This document shows, in pieces, positions 32,100 to 41,578 of a stretch of DNA of 64,000 nucleotides. The notes under the pieces were generated by a model. That model worked only from the letters and a program-made list of their open reading frames with translations, was not told the origin of the DNA and did not search any database. How positions within the stretch are numbered: position 1 is the first letter of the stretch; each line of letters opens with the position of its first letter. The translations under genes were made by a program, and so were the position numbers. This stretch comes from Sulfolobales archaeon HS-7 (GTDB lineage: Archaea; Thermoproteota; Thermoprotei_A; Sulfolobales; Sulfolobaceae): positions 480,001 to 544,000 of the forward strand of contig AP024596.1 of assembly GCA_019704295.1 (NCBI GenBank), read 5' to 3'.

Positions 32100-33467
32100 T
32101 TATTTCTTCTTATAAAATAACAAAACTATAAATATGATCACCGCAGGTACTAATATCGCCAACTCCAATGAAAGGGTTGGATTTACGGCCTCATAAGGCA
32201 GTGTATTAGGAAGAGTTGTCAACGCGTTTACCGTTTGAGACGAGTTGTAATATACATGACTAACGAGCTGAAGCTCTGAGACTACGTACTTTCCGCTAAT
32301 CGCTTCCTGTTCTATCAGCATGCCTGAAGGGGTAAAGAACATGTACTCAGTCGAATTAGATGAGTTTGAACTTTTGTACAAATAAGTGTATACTGGTAAA
32401 GTCCCTAAAGGTGTGGTTATATTCGTTTCGTTTAATAGGGACATTTTTACTCCCTCATACGTGATCGTTGCGTTTCCGGCATCGGGAATCACAGGGGTTA
32501 ACAATTGAGTATAGTTGCCAATCTGGATCGACATGTAGTAGCCGTTAAGATTAGGGACTAATACAGAACCTTCTGCAACAGCTCTCACGTGTTCTATCAC
32601 CGCAACCGTAATTCCATTAGAGTATAGATATGGTACTATAATTTGCGTGTAACCCGTATTTATCAAATTATAGTACGGGCTCACGTTTAGTAGAGCGGCG
32701 TAGACGTATGATATGTTATAGTCTTCAGCTAACTTAACTTTGGGAAGCGTTATATTGTACGTCGAATTAGAATAATTATAGAGTATAATCTGAATCTGTT
32801 CGGAATTCAATGTTCCATCAAACTCCGCTAGAAGTCCGAACTTCATCAGACCAACATTACCACTAAAGGTTGTATTTTTAGTGCTTAAGGTAGTATCGTT
32901 AAACACATATAGTGACACGTTCTTCAGATTGATCAGATTCGCGACTGCTCTTGTAAAGCCACTCAGCGTAAGGGTAAGATTACCGTCTATTATTTCATAG
33001 GTATTATCAAATATTAAGTTCTTAGATAGAAACGGATATTCGGTTATGTTAAGGGGTATTTCGAGTGCACTTAGATTATAAGTGGCATTCTTAAATGTTT
33101 TGTATAGTTGGACTGCGATAGGATTAGTAGATATATTAGTGATGTTGTTTTTTACTTTAATCTGGATAAACCCGTTATTTTCTGAAATCACGCAGTATTT
33201 CAAATAAAAGTGAATATAACTGGTATTTGACGATGGGTCGTTAGATGGGTCGTTAGAGGAAGTAGTAGTATTGGAAGTGGTGGTTGTAGTCGGGGTAGTA
33301 ACAACAGGTTTAACAGTTTCGTTTTGTATTGTAATTATATAGGTTATATTGCTGGGAAGTATTACAGTCTCCTTGTCGACAACTGCTCCAAGATTTGTGA
33401 AATAAGACGGAAGTCCTACAAAAGTTACACTAGGCAATATGAGAAGTAACAATATCAGCCATTTCAT
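32100..33467 (-). CDS. Membrane-anchored surface glycoprotein, function unknown
   Basis: Signal peptide, Thr/Ser-rich linker, many N-x-S/T sequons, C-terminal TM helix followed by KKK. Confidence 0.8.
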   Translation of the reverse strand: MKWLILLLLILPSVTFVGLPSYFTNLGAVVDKETVILPSNITYIITIQNETVKPVVTTPTTTTTSNTTTSSNDPSNDPSSNTSYIHFYLKYCVISENNGFIQIKVKNNITNISTNPIAVQLYKTFKNATYNLSALEIPLNITEYPFLSKNLIFDNTYEIIDGNLTLTLSGFTRAVANLINLKNVSLYVFNDTTLSTKNTTFSGNVGLMKFGLLAEFDGTLNSEQIQIILYNYSNSTYNITLPKVKLAEDYNISYVYAALLNVSPYYNLINTGYTQIIVPYLYSNGITVAVIEHVRAVAEGSVLVPNLNGYYMSIQIGNYTQLLTPVIPDAGNATITYEGVKMSLLNETNITTPLGTLPVYTYLYKSSNSSNSTEYMFFTPSGMLIEQEAISGKYVVSELQLVSHVYYNSSQTVNALTTLPNTLPYEAVNPTLSLELAILVPAVIIFIVLLFYKKK

Positions 33468-33857
33468 CGTGACAACTTAAATTGGGGATTAATAACGTTA
33501 ATCAAAAATTCTCAGGATAATATCACAAACCCCTCTCGATTCTCTTAGGTATATAAAATTGGTTTAGTTAAAAACTTTATGAAGGTGAGACATTATCGAA
33601 AGTCCTTTACCCCAAGCAGTTTCAGGTTTAGAGGGTAAACTCTCTTTCTCCTCATCCTTTCAGAACTCGGCAAACACATCATTAATATAACTCTATTCAG
33701 TTATTATTGTCTAATACAATCCCGATATATTACACTTACGGTATACATTTTAAAGTATCTAGATATCGAAAGCAAAAACGGAATAGGAAGCTATACACTG
33801 TTTTACGCTAAATGATCGTAGATTTTTCCAACTCCGAAAGCCACATTATCAAATTAT

Positions 33858-33904
33858 GGAAGCTTTCCACCCTCACCCTTTGGGGGTCTTACTCCTTTAA
33901 CTCC
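33858..33904. mobile_element. Short end-fragment of the IS200/IS605-type MITE family
   Basis: GCTTTCCACCCTCACCCTTTGGGGGTCTTACTCCTTTAAC loosely matches the 3211-3256 end. Confidence 0.3.
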
Positions 33905-34104
33905 AGTAAAGATAATGCTATTCTTTTACAAAACAATTTACAAAGTGTTTTAATTTTCCAAGCACTTCCATGAATTTTCTGAAACAAATGTTAATGATAT
34001 CTTGGGGCGTTGACCTCGGAATTGATGATCCTTCAAACACTCTGTAGAAATACTCGATAAAACCCTAATTCTACGTTGTCTTGATTGATTTCGGAAAAAG
34101 ACTG

Positions 34105-35427
34105 TCAGTTAACTTTATGAATCTTTAGGAAATTTACCCCCTCTTTCTCCTCAGGAGAAGAACCAATGAGAATTATCGTTTTACCCTTTTCCGTTATAAT
34201 CTTAGCCGACTCGTTGATCTCCCTTATTATGGAGTTCATGTCGTTGAGCCTTTTCTTTACAGTCGAAATAACTCCATAACATAAATTAAGCTTTCTTGCA
34301 AGCGATATATCTGGCACGATTGCCAGGATCGGTAGCTTTGGTCTTAATCTGGATATTCTGAGTACGATTTCCTCATTATCACCATAAGCTATAATTAAGT
34401 CCGCCCCGGCTAACTCAGAAGCGTCGACCGCCGCTAGAGCCATCGCGTCATCAGAAGTTCTTGGTTCCACTCTTACTGGGTTAAGATACACTTCACTCGA
34501 CTCTATGACTTTATCTAAGTATTTAACAGCCTCTAGTGGGTAGTTACCCGCAGCCGTCTCATCACTAAGCATTATAGCGTCGACGCCCTGCGCGACAGAG
34601 TTAGAAATGTCTATTACTTCAGCTCGGGTTGGAAGTGGATTGTATACCATGGATTCGAGCACTTGTGTTGCAAGAATTACTGGCTTTCCGTAATTTCTGC
34701 TAACTTCTATTATTTTTTTCTGTAAAACTGGAAGACTTTCTAATCCAACCTCTATTCCTAAATCTCCACGTGCAACCATAACTCCATCTGATACCCTAAC
34801 AATCTCCTCTAATCTGTCAATAGCACTCTTCTTCTCTATTTTCGATATTACCCATGCCTCTTTAGCTTTCTGCTTAACTTGAAGTATTTCATCAGGTCTA
34901 GTTACGAATGACAGCCCTATCATATCCGCGCCCAATTCTGCCGCCATCTCCAACAGTTTGAGGTCCTCCGGGGTTAGACCTGCTGGAACGTTGGAATCTG
35001 GAAGATTTATACCCTTCCTTGCGCTTAATATTCCTCCGTTGATTACCTTAGCTTCTACCTTATTTTGACTAACGTCAATTGCAATGGTTTCTATTAACCC
35101 ATCTGCTATTAGAATCCGCTGTCCAGCACTCACCAGTTTGAAGAAAATGGGATCGCTTACGGGAATTCCCCCTATACCAAAGGTTATAGTATCGCCTGGA
35201 TTGACTTGAGTTTTCTCTATATCTCCTAATCTAAGTTTTGGCCCTGGCAAATCCATTAATATCGGCTTTTCAGGCGCATACTCCCTTATTTTCCGATAAT
35301 ATTCCTTATGTTGCACTTCATCGCCGTGCGCCAAATTCATTCTGAAGACATCTACAATAGGGGACAGTTCGTCTAGTTTCTCTATAGAAGTTGGACCTAT
35401 GGTGGCGACTACCTTAGTTTTTCTCAA
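34105..35427 (-). CDS. pyk: Pyruvate kinase
   Basis: TKVVATIGP, RMNLAHG, DLPGPKLR, KIE, MVARGDLG, ATQVLESM, TRAEV, MLSDETA. Confidence 0.96.
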   Translation of the reverse strand: MRKTKVVATIGPTSIEKLDELSPIVDVFRMNLAHGDEVQHKEYYRKIREYAPEKPILMDLPGPKLRLGDIEKTQVNPGDTITFGIGGIPVSDPIFFKLVSAGQRILIADGLIETIAIDVSQNKVEAKVINGGILSARKGINLPDSNVPAGLTPEDLKLLEMAAELGADMIGLSFVTRPDEILQVKQKAKEAWVISKIEKKSAIDRLEEIVRVSDGVMVARGDLGIEVGLESLPVLQKKIIEVSRNYGKPVILATQVLESMVYNPLPTRAEVIDISNSVAQGVDAIMLSDETAAGNYPLEAVKYLDKVIESSEVYLNPVRVEPRTSDDAMALAAVDASELAGADLIIAYGDNEEIVLRISRLRPKLPILAIVPDISLARKLNLCYGVISTVKKRLNDMNSIIREINESAKIITEKGKTIILIGSSPEEKEGVNFLKIHKVN

Positions 35428-35434
35428 TTTAGTT

Positions 35435-35638
35435 TCACCAAAATCTCTTTTCTAACTTCACCCTGATTACTTTATCGTTAATGTCCTCAGCATCGATAAG
35501 AGATACACCATATTTCATTGCCATTCTAGGTAACTCCTCAATCAGATCCCTTACGACTATGAGTTCTGCTTCTTTTTCAGCATGAGAGAACTGTATTATT
35601 ACCTTCTCTAACTGCCTAGCCGTTAATATTATATCCAT
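35435..35638 (-). CDS. Small hypothetical protein, probably co-transcribed with pyk
   Basis: 67 aa; ends 7 bp before the pyk start and contains the GGTGA SD for pyk. Confidence 0.75.
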   Translation of the reverse strand: MDIILTARQLEKVIIQFSHAEKEAELIVVRDLIEELPRMAMKYGVSLIDAEDINDKVIRVKLEKRFW

Positions 35639-36060
35639 AGTTACACTTAGGACAACACATTAATATTCTTACGTTGAGCCCTGCATTAGCTTAATTACAC
35701 TCTTGATTTTCTTTATATACTTGGCTTCATTTTACGTGAGCCAGTGTAAGCTTTATAAACTTAGTCTCAACATTATTCTTCAATACTTTTCTTATTATAT
35801 GTTAAGTAATTAAGTTAAAAGCTATTTGACTGAACTTCCTGGAATTGTGTGATTTCAATCTAAGAATATTAACGTAAAACTATCTGTCAGGAGGGTATCC
35901 AACAAGGTGAGAAATCGGATAGAAAGGTTTTACAGGGTGCTTAATTTCTTCTCCTAACTGTAAGTTCGAGATATCACCCAAAAATTATCATTGTCAAATT
36001 TTTTATTACTGAATTTAGTGCAATAGCAAATTTCGAGCTATCATCCATGGCGGCAAGATG

Positions 36061-36711
36061 TCAGTATGAGGGGTAAATGCCTATAATCTCTTTAATGTGT
36101 TTTAAGGCTTCGCATAACGTATCTACCAGGACTACGTTTTCGGCTTTTATTTCATCGACATGTCCTTTTAATATAAACACTTTTCTAAGTCCAGCTCGAG
36201 TAAATGCGATCATGTCGTGCGGTGAATCACCTATCGCAATTACCTCTGAAGAATCTATAGATAATTTCCTTAGAGCCATGAAAACTGGTTGAGGATCGGG
36301 TTTAGGTTTATCGACCATGTCTGCACTTATAATTACGTCGGGAGTCATATCGATGACCCTAAGCGTAGCTAATGCACTATCAAGAAGGGACGACGTGACT
36401 ATAGCCCTCTTTAAACTCTCAGTTACTCTTAATAACTCATTAACACAGGGTGCAGGTTGTGCATAGATTGTGCATACCTCTCTATATATTCTCTTCTTCA
36501 ATTCCGCCAACTCCTCGGCTCTCTCAGGAGTTATCATTCGGGCTATTTCTATCGTAGTTCTCCCCCATAGTCCCTCAAAGGGAATCAAGAAAGGTATGTT
36601 CATTTGTTGACATGCGGTTTTCCATGCAACATAATGTGCCTTTTTCGTTAAAACCAATGTATCATCAAGATCCATGATTATTCCCTTAACTTTCATTAAA
36701 TCACCTCTCAC
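36061..36711 (-). CDS. HAD-family phosphatase
   Basis: DLDDT, IVTSS, KPKPDP, IGDSPHD. Confidence 0.9.
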   Translation of the reverse strand: MRGDLMKVKGIIMDLDDTLVLTKKAHYVAWKTACQQMNIPFLIPFEGLWGRTTIEIARMITPERAEELAELKKRIYREVCTIYAQPAPCVNELLRVTESLKRAIVTSSLLDSALATLRVIDMTPDVIISADMVDKPKPDPQPVFMALRKLSIDSSEVIAIGDSPHDMIAFTRAGLRKVFILKGHVDEIKAENVVLVDTLCEALKHIKEIIGIYPSY

Positions 36712-36984
36712 AAACTGCTAGGAGAAATTAAGGTATCGAAGTTTATTTGGGCCAAAGGAAACCTATTTCGTATTTGTCGTTCTACTTGCCTATAGGTACT
36801 AGCTATCGGCTTGTTAATTGTCACTATACTAGCTAAATTATTATACACGAAGAGTCCGTTTCTACATAGAGAAGGTTTTGAAAACGATTTTGCCTTTTCA
36901 TCATTAACAAAAGACACTTTACTATTACTACGGTTACGAAATAGTAAAGTAACAGTGAGGTTTCGCAGGTACGTGATATCTCAC
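36708..36984 (-). pseudogene. Probable eroded gene between serS and the HAD gene (possibly THUMP-like)
   Basis: GTGA overlap with the serS stop and overlap with the HAD start, but the protein-like segments (NDEKAK, NLLYVETDS, RQVERQI…INFD) are split over different frames. Confidence 0.25.
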
Positions 36985-38339
36985 TTCCTAGGATAGATGA
37001 ATTCCTTTGGGGCCTTCGTAAACAACTCAAGATATTTCCTTAATACTTTAGGTATTTCGACGACACCGTCCTCTGTTTGATAGTTCTCGAGTATCGCAGT
37101 AATGGTCCTTGTTGAGGCTATAGCGGTACTGTTTAATGTGTGAACATATCCCTTTCTATTATTCTTCCTGTCGACAAACCGTATATTCATCCTATAGCTC
37201 TGCCAATCGAGACAGTTACTGCAACTTATCATCTCTCTAAATCTCCCCTGAGCTGGCATCCATGCCTCAATATCAAACTTCCTGTAGGCGCATGCCCCTA
37301 AATCTCCAGTAGCTATATCGATAACTCTGTAGGGAATCCCTAGCCCTCCAAATATCTCCTCAGCATTACTCAGAAGTTCTTGATGTAACGCTTCACTGGT
37401 CTCTGGAAGAGAAAAGACAAACTGTTCTATTTTATGGAATTGATGTACGCGAAATATTCCCTTCATGTCCTTGTTTGCCGCACCTGCCTCTTTTCTAAAT
37501 GCAGGAGAAAACCCGGCGAACTTTTCAGGAAGGTTCTCAGCCTCAATCGTCTCGTTGTAATGAAGTGCAGCTATTGGATGTTCTGCAGTAGCAATTAAGA
37601 AGAGATCCTCATCGGCAACCTTATATATTGCGTCTTTAAACGTATCTAAATCTATAACGGACTTTATCACTTCCCCCTTTAGCATGTAAGGAGGAATAAC
37701 AAGGGTATAGCCCTTCACTGTCATTTGATCCATTGCGTAGAGAAGGAGTGCGAATTCAAGCCAGACAATATCGTCAAAGAGATAATAGAATCTGGAGCCT
37801 GTAACCTCGCCTGCCTTCAAGGTATTACCATACTTGAGCACGTTCTCTAACATTTCCGCATGGCCCTTAGCCTTCCAGCTAGTTATCTCGTAATCACCGC
37901 CTAATTGCTTAAGTAGGTTGATTGCTTCTTTATCTCCTTCATAAACCTTGATCTTCCCCACGACTTTTATTGTCCTAGATGCGCTTTCATCACCTACCGG
38001 GGAAATTTCGCTAACGAGATTTGGTAAGGTTAATAGTAATTGTTCTCTCTTAAACTCTAAATCCTTGAGTTCCCTCTCCTTCGATTCAAGTATATTCAAA
38101 ACCTCCTTAGCCTTTCTCATAAGCTCGTCTTTATCCTTACTTTCAGCTCTAGCTATTTTACTACTGATAGTATTATGTTCATGTCTAAGCTTATTAATTT
38201 CGTTAAGTTTGTTCCTCCATTCCTTATCTGCGTTTACTATCTCCGTTACAATTGAGGGGTCCATATTCCTTTTCTTCACACTGTCGATTAGCCTTTCAGG
38301 ATTGTTTCTGATTATTTCCAGAAGACTCCAGGACATCAC
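36981..38339 (-). CDS. serS: Seryl-tRNA synthetase
   Basis: N-terminal coiled coil, [45 protein letters not shown]. Confidence 0.97.
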   Translation of the reverse strand: MMSWSLLEIIRNNPERLIDSVKKRNMDPSIVTEIVNADKEWRNKLNEINKLRHEHNTISSKIARAESKDKDELMRKAKEVLNILESKERELKDLEFKREQLLLTLPNLVSEISPVGDESASRTIKVVGKIKVYEGDKEAINLLKQLGGDYEITSWKAKGHAEMLENVLKYGNTLKAGEVTGSRFYYLFDDIVWLEFALLLYAMDQMTVKGYTLVIPPYMLKGEVIKSVIDLDTFKDAIYKVADEDLFLIATAEHPIAALHYNETIEAENLPEKFAGFSPAFRKEAGAANKDMKGIFRVHQFHKIEQFVFSLPETSEALHQELLSNAEEIFGGLGIPYRVIDIATGDLGACAYRKFDIEAWMPAQGRFREMISCSNCLDWQSYRMNIRFVDRKNNRKGYVHTLNSTAIASTRTITAILENYQTEDGVVEIPKVLRKYLELFTKAPKEFIYPRK

Positions 38340-38390
38340 ACAACCTAATATAGTTAGAAACTAGTAACTTAAAAGCAATGCATTAGGTTA

Positions 38391-38783
38391 CTAACTTGCT
38401 GTTGAAGTCCCCTTATCCTCAGGTATTCCATAAGTCTGAACCCACATCTCAACAATGTCGTATCCATATAGCTTCTTAAATCGCTCTCTTCCATCTGGAG
38501 TTATCTTAAGTGGATTCCATTCGGTTTCTAAATCTATATCTACCTTAACGTCTTTAGCTGGTACTGTTTCCTGTATTACCTGCTGAACAGTATATATGAG
38601 ATCATCCAGAACAGGACATCCTGGCGCAGTAAGTCCCATCCTCAGATATACGTTACCATCATCTGATATTTTAAGTTCATAAATCAATCCGAGATCAACT
38701 ATATTCACAGGAATCTCTGGATCATAAACTTGTTTTAAAGCGTCCATAATTTTCGATTTCCATTCGGCTTCGTTTACACTCAT
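38391..38783 (-). CDS. Metal-sulfur cluster assembly factor (SufT/DUF59)
   Basis: VYDPEIPVNIVDLGLIY, LTAPGCP. Confidence 0.92.
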   Translation of the reverse strand: MSVNEAEWKSKIMDALKQVYDPEIPVNIVDLGLIYELKISDDGNVYLRMGLTAPGCPVLDDLIYTVQQVIQETVPAKDVKVDIDLETEWNPLKITPDGRERFKKLYGYDIVEMWVQTYGIPEDKGTSTAS

Positions 38784-38883
38784 AATTCCTCCTAATATAT
38801 TTTGGAGTTGTGATTAATATTAGTTAGTCAGTACTGCTACTTTTAAGAACATCAAGCGTAATTTACAATATTATGTTTTAACG

Positions 38884-39060
38884 AAGGGGGAAATTACCTA
38901 GCTTTGGGATGAATAGCACCCTGAAAAGACGTTTTCACATTAAGTTAAGATGGTATCAGTTGGACTAAAACCTGTTGGGAATGTCCGTAACCTTTCTTCA
39001 ATATGTTATTGTTGGAACGGGTTAATGAGTCCCATAGGGAAATTAATGTTACCTACGTAG
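38884..39060. mobile_element. Decayed inverted copy of the IS200/IS605-type MITE
   Basis: Reverse complement AGGGTGCTATTCATCCC matches AGGGGGCTATCCATC at 3206; GAGTCCCATA (39027-39036) is the exact reverse complement of 3079-3088. Confidence 0.5.
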
Positions 39061-39192
39061 CGCGAAATCATGAGTCAATAGTATTACATCACAAATAGTA
39101 ATACAACAAACCTTCGCACCTATCAGAATAAGTGTTTTAGCGATTAAAATTGGCCCTTTTCGAAGAGTCCGTGATGTTCGTAAAGTGTCGAT

Positions 39193-39624
39193 CTACAGAA
39201 GTTTGTTGAGAAGGGGTTTTATACTACGATTTGTTTCAGTTAAGGCATCTCCACTATACCATGTGGGAATGTGAAATACCTCTTTTCTCAGGAGGGGTTC
39301 ATATGTTAAAAATTTTCTAAGAGTGGGATGAATTGAGTTAGAATTGGCAAAGCTTATATCAATACATCCAAGAGTACCAGCGTTTGAAATCCTTATTTCC
39401 TTCTCAAACAGGTAAGTTACAAGGAATTCTTGATCGAGTGATGTCAAATACTTCTTATTACATTCGTTATTCACGTTATTCATAGCCTCCCTCAATGGAA
39501 TAACTCCGTTAAGTTCCCAATGAACCAGGTTTCTTCTAATTGTTACTTTACCTGAATGGATCACATTAGGATCTTCCCTACATAGTCTGATAAGTAACTC
39601 GTCTCTCGTAACTATACATTTCAT
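39193..39624 (-). CDS. Hypothetical protein (143 aa)
   Basis: ATG start with a TTTTAAT box about 24-30 nt upstream; no motif recognised. Confidence 0.6.
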   Translation of the reverse strand: MKCIVTRDELLIRLCREDPNVIHSGKVTIRRNLVHWELNGVIPLREAMNNVNNECNKKYLTSLDQEFLVTYLFEKEIRISNAGTLGCIDISFANSNSIHPTLRKFLTYEPLLRKEVFHIPTWYSGDALTETNRSIKPLLNKLL

Positions 39625-39677
39625 ATTAAATAGTTACTAAGTAGGCGATTAAAATATCGTCTTTCTAAAATGAGGGT

Positions 39678-39720
39678 AAGTGAATCACCCTGTTTCGCAC
39701 TGGCAGGGCCTCCTGCTTCT
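39678..39720. mobile_element. Isolated hairpin end of the same MITE family
   Basis: AAGTGAATCACCCTG…CAGGGCCTCCTGCTTC parallels AAGCGAACTACCCTG…CAGGGATTCC at 41251. Confidence 0.45.
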
Positions 39721-39777
39721 CTCTTTGTCGGAGGCCGAGAGAAAAGAGTATATTATGGCAGTATTTGCACTTAATTT

Positions 39778-41235
39778 ATGGTGGGTTTAATAGATTCGAT
39801 TTTACAGAAGTATGAAAGTGTATGGGCATTAAATCATGCCTTGTCTCTAATGAATTGGGATTTAGAGACGTATATGCCTGAGGATGGTGCGGCGAGAAGA
39901 GGTGAGGCAACAGCTAGCGTGGAATTGTTAAAAAGGAACATAATCCTATCAATGAGGGAGGAGGTTGAAAGAGCAGCAAAACAGGAGGGCCTTGATGACA
40001 TTAACAAGGGAATGATAAGGGTCCTCAAGAGACAACTCGATTTTTACACAAAGATCCCTTCTGAGACAATAGAGAAGTTATATCGCATTACGTCTACAGC
40101 ATCCGTAGTGTGGAGAAAGGCAAGAGCAACAAATGATTTTAAGTCCTTTTCACCCTTGCTTAAAACCATCGTTGAAATAAATAGGGAAATTGCAGAGAAA
40201 ATGGGGTACACTAAGCACCCATATAACGCACTTCTTGATATTAACGAAGAAGGACTTACTACAGAGGACTTAGATTCCATCTTATCCCAGATAGTTCCCG
40301 TAATTAAGGACGTTGTTTCAAAGACCCATATGCCATCTAAGCATGAACTTGAAAAGGTGAGATATAAGGAAGAGGACATGAGAAGGGTTAACGAGTCTCT
40401 AATAGATATTCTACAAATGCCGCGGAAAAAGTTTAGGATGGACGTGTCAGCTCATCCATTCACTGTTGGTATGTCAGTCTCAGATGTTAGGATAACCACT
40501 AGATACGAGGGAATAGACTTCAGATCTACCATGTTTTCTGTAATCCATGAGGCCGGCCACGCTATATATGAACTCCAACTTCCCTCAGAACTAGAGAAAA
40601 CCCCGGTAGGAGTAGCCGTTTCTGGGGGAATTCATGAGTCCCAATCTAGATTCTGGGAAAACGTTATAGGAAGAAGTAGGGAGTTTGTTGAAATAGTTTA
40701 TCCTATATTAACAAAATATCTAGATTTCGTTAAAAAATATGATCACGAGGAAATATATAGGTACTTTAACATAGTTAGGCCCAGCACTATAAGGGTTGAC
40801 GCTGACGAAGTAACCTATAATCTCCACATAGCTGTAAGGTATGAGATAGAAAAAAGACTCATTGACGGTTCGATCAGTGTGGATGAAGCCCCAGAGTTAT
40901 GGAACGAACTTATGGAAAAATACGTCGGAGTAAGACCTAGTTCCGACTCTGATGGAATACTACAAGACATACATTGGTCCGGAGGTGCATTTGGTTCGTT
41001 CCCAAATTACTTGATAGGTAACGTCGTCGCAGGAATGATATATAGTAAGATAGGAAAGTTAAGACGATATATAACTGAACAGGACTTCTCCTCAGTAAAG
41101 GGTTTCCTAAAGGATAAGATCCATCAATACGGCTCTATCTACCCTCCAAAGGAACTTTTAAAGAGGAGCTTCGGTGAGTCCTATAATGCCGAACATCTCG
41201 CAATGTACCTAAGGGAGAAGTACTTGTCATATTAA
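39778..41235 (+). CDS. Carboxypeptidase, M32 (Taq) family
   Basis: HPF, DVRITTRY, HEAGH (HExxH), IHESQSRF, IRVDAD, LQDIHW. Confidence 0.95.
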   Translation: MVGLIDSILQKYESVWALNHALSLMNWDLETYMPEDGAARRGEATASVELLKRNIILSMREEVERAAKQEGLDDINKGMIRVLKRQLDFYTKIPSETIEKLYRITSTASVVWRKARATNDFKSFSPLLKTIVEINREIAEKMGYTKHPYNALLDINEEGLTTEDLDSILSQIVPVIKDVVSKTHMPSKHELEKVRYKEEDMRRVNESLIDILQMPRKKFRMDVSAHPFTVGMSVSDVRITTRYEGIDFRSTMFSVIHEAGHAIYELQLPSELEKTPVGVAVSGGIHESQSRFWENVIGRSREFVEIVYPILTKYLDFVKKYDHEEIYRYFNIVRPSTIRVDADEVTYNLHIAVRYEIEKRLIDGSISVDEAPELWNELMEKYVGVRPSSDSDGILQDIHWSGGAFGSFPNYLIGNVVAGMIYSKIGKLRRYITEQDFSSVKGFLKDKIHQYGSIYPPKELLKRSFGESYNAEHLAMYLREKYLSY

Positions 41236-41248
41236 CTTGATTGCGTCA

Positions 41249-41505
41249 TGAAGCGAACTACCCTGTACGGACAGGGATTCCTTACACCACCTTGCTCAAA
41301 GGGGTTCACGGGGATTATAGGTACCCCACATTGAACTTCATACTGAGGGTGTTGCATGCAGGACCATTGATTGAAACAGAGGCGTACCACGCCGTCTCCT
41401 AGGGGTCTCGTTGACTTCTCAAGTGGATGTTATTATTTAGTTTTCCAAGATCTCGCATTCAAGTATAAGGGACTACCCATCTCAACGGGTCTTTTGCCCA
41501 CAACT
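41249..41505. mobile_element. Non-autonomous IS200/IS605-type element (second near-complete copy)
   Basis: Subterminal hairpin CCCTGT-ACGG-ACAGGG (41261-41276); colinear shared blocks with 2957-3256; no ORF. Confidence 0.7.
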
Positions 41506-41578
41506 CCCTTTGAGATAACAACTATCTTAATACCATGATTTCGGATTTCTAAAAAATCTGCCGCAATGAAGAGTTGCT

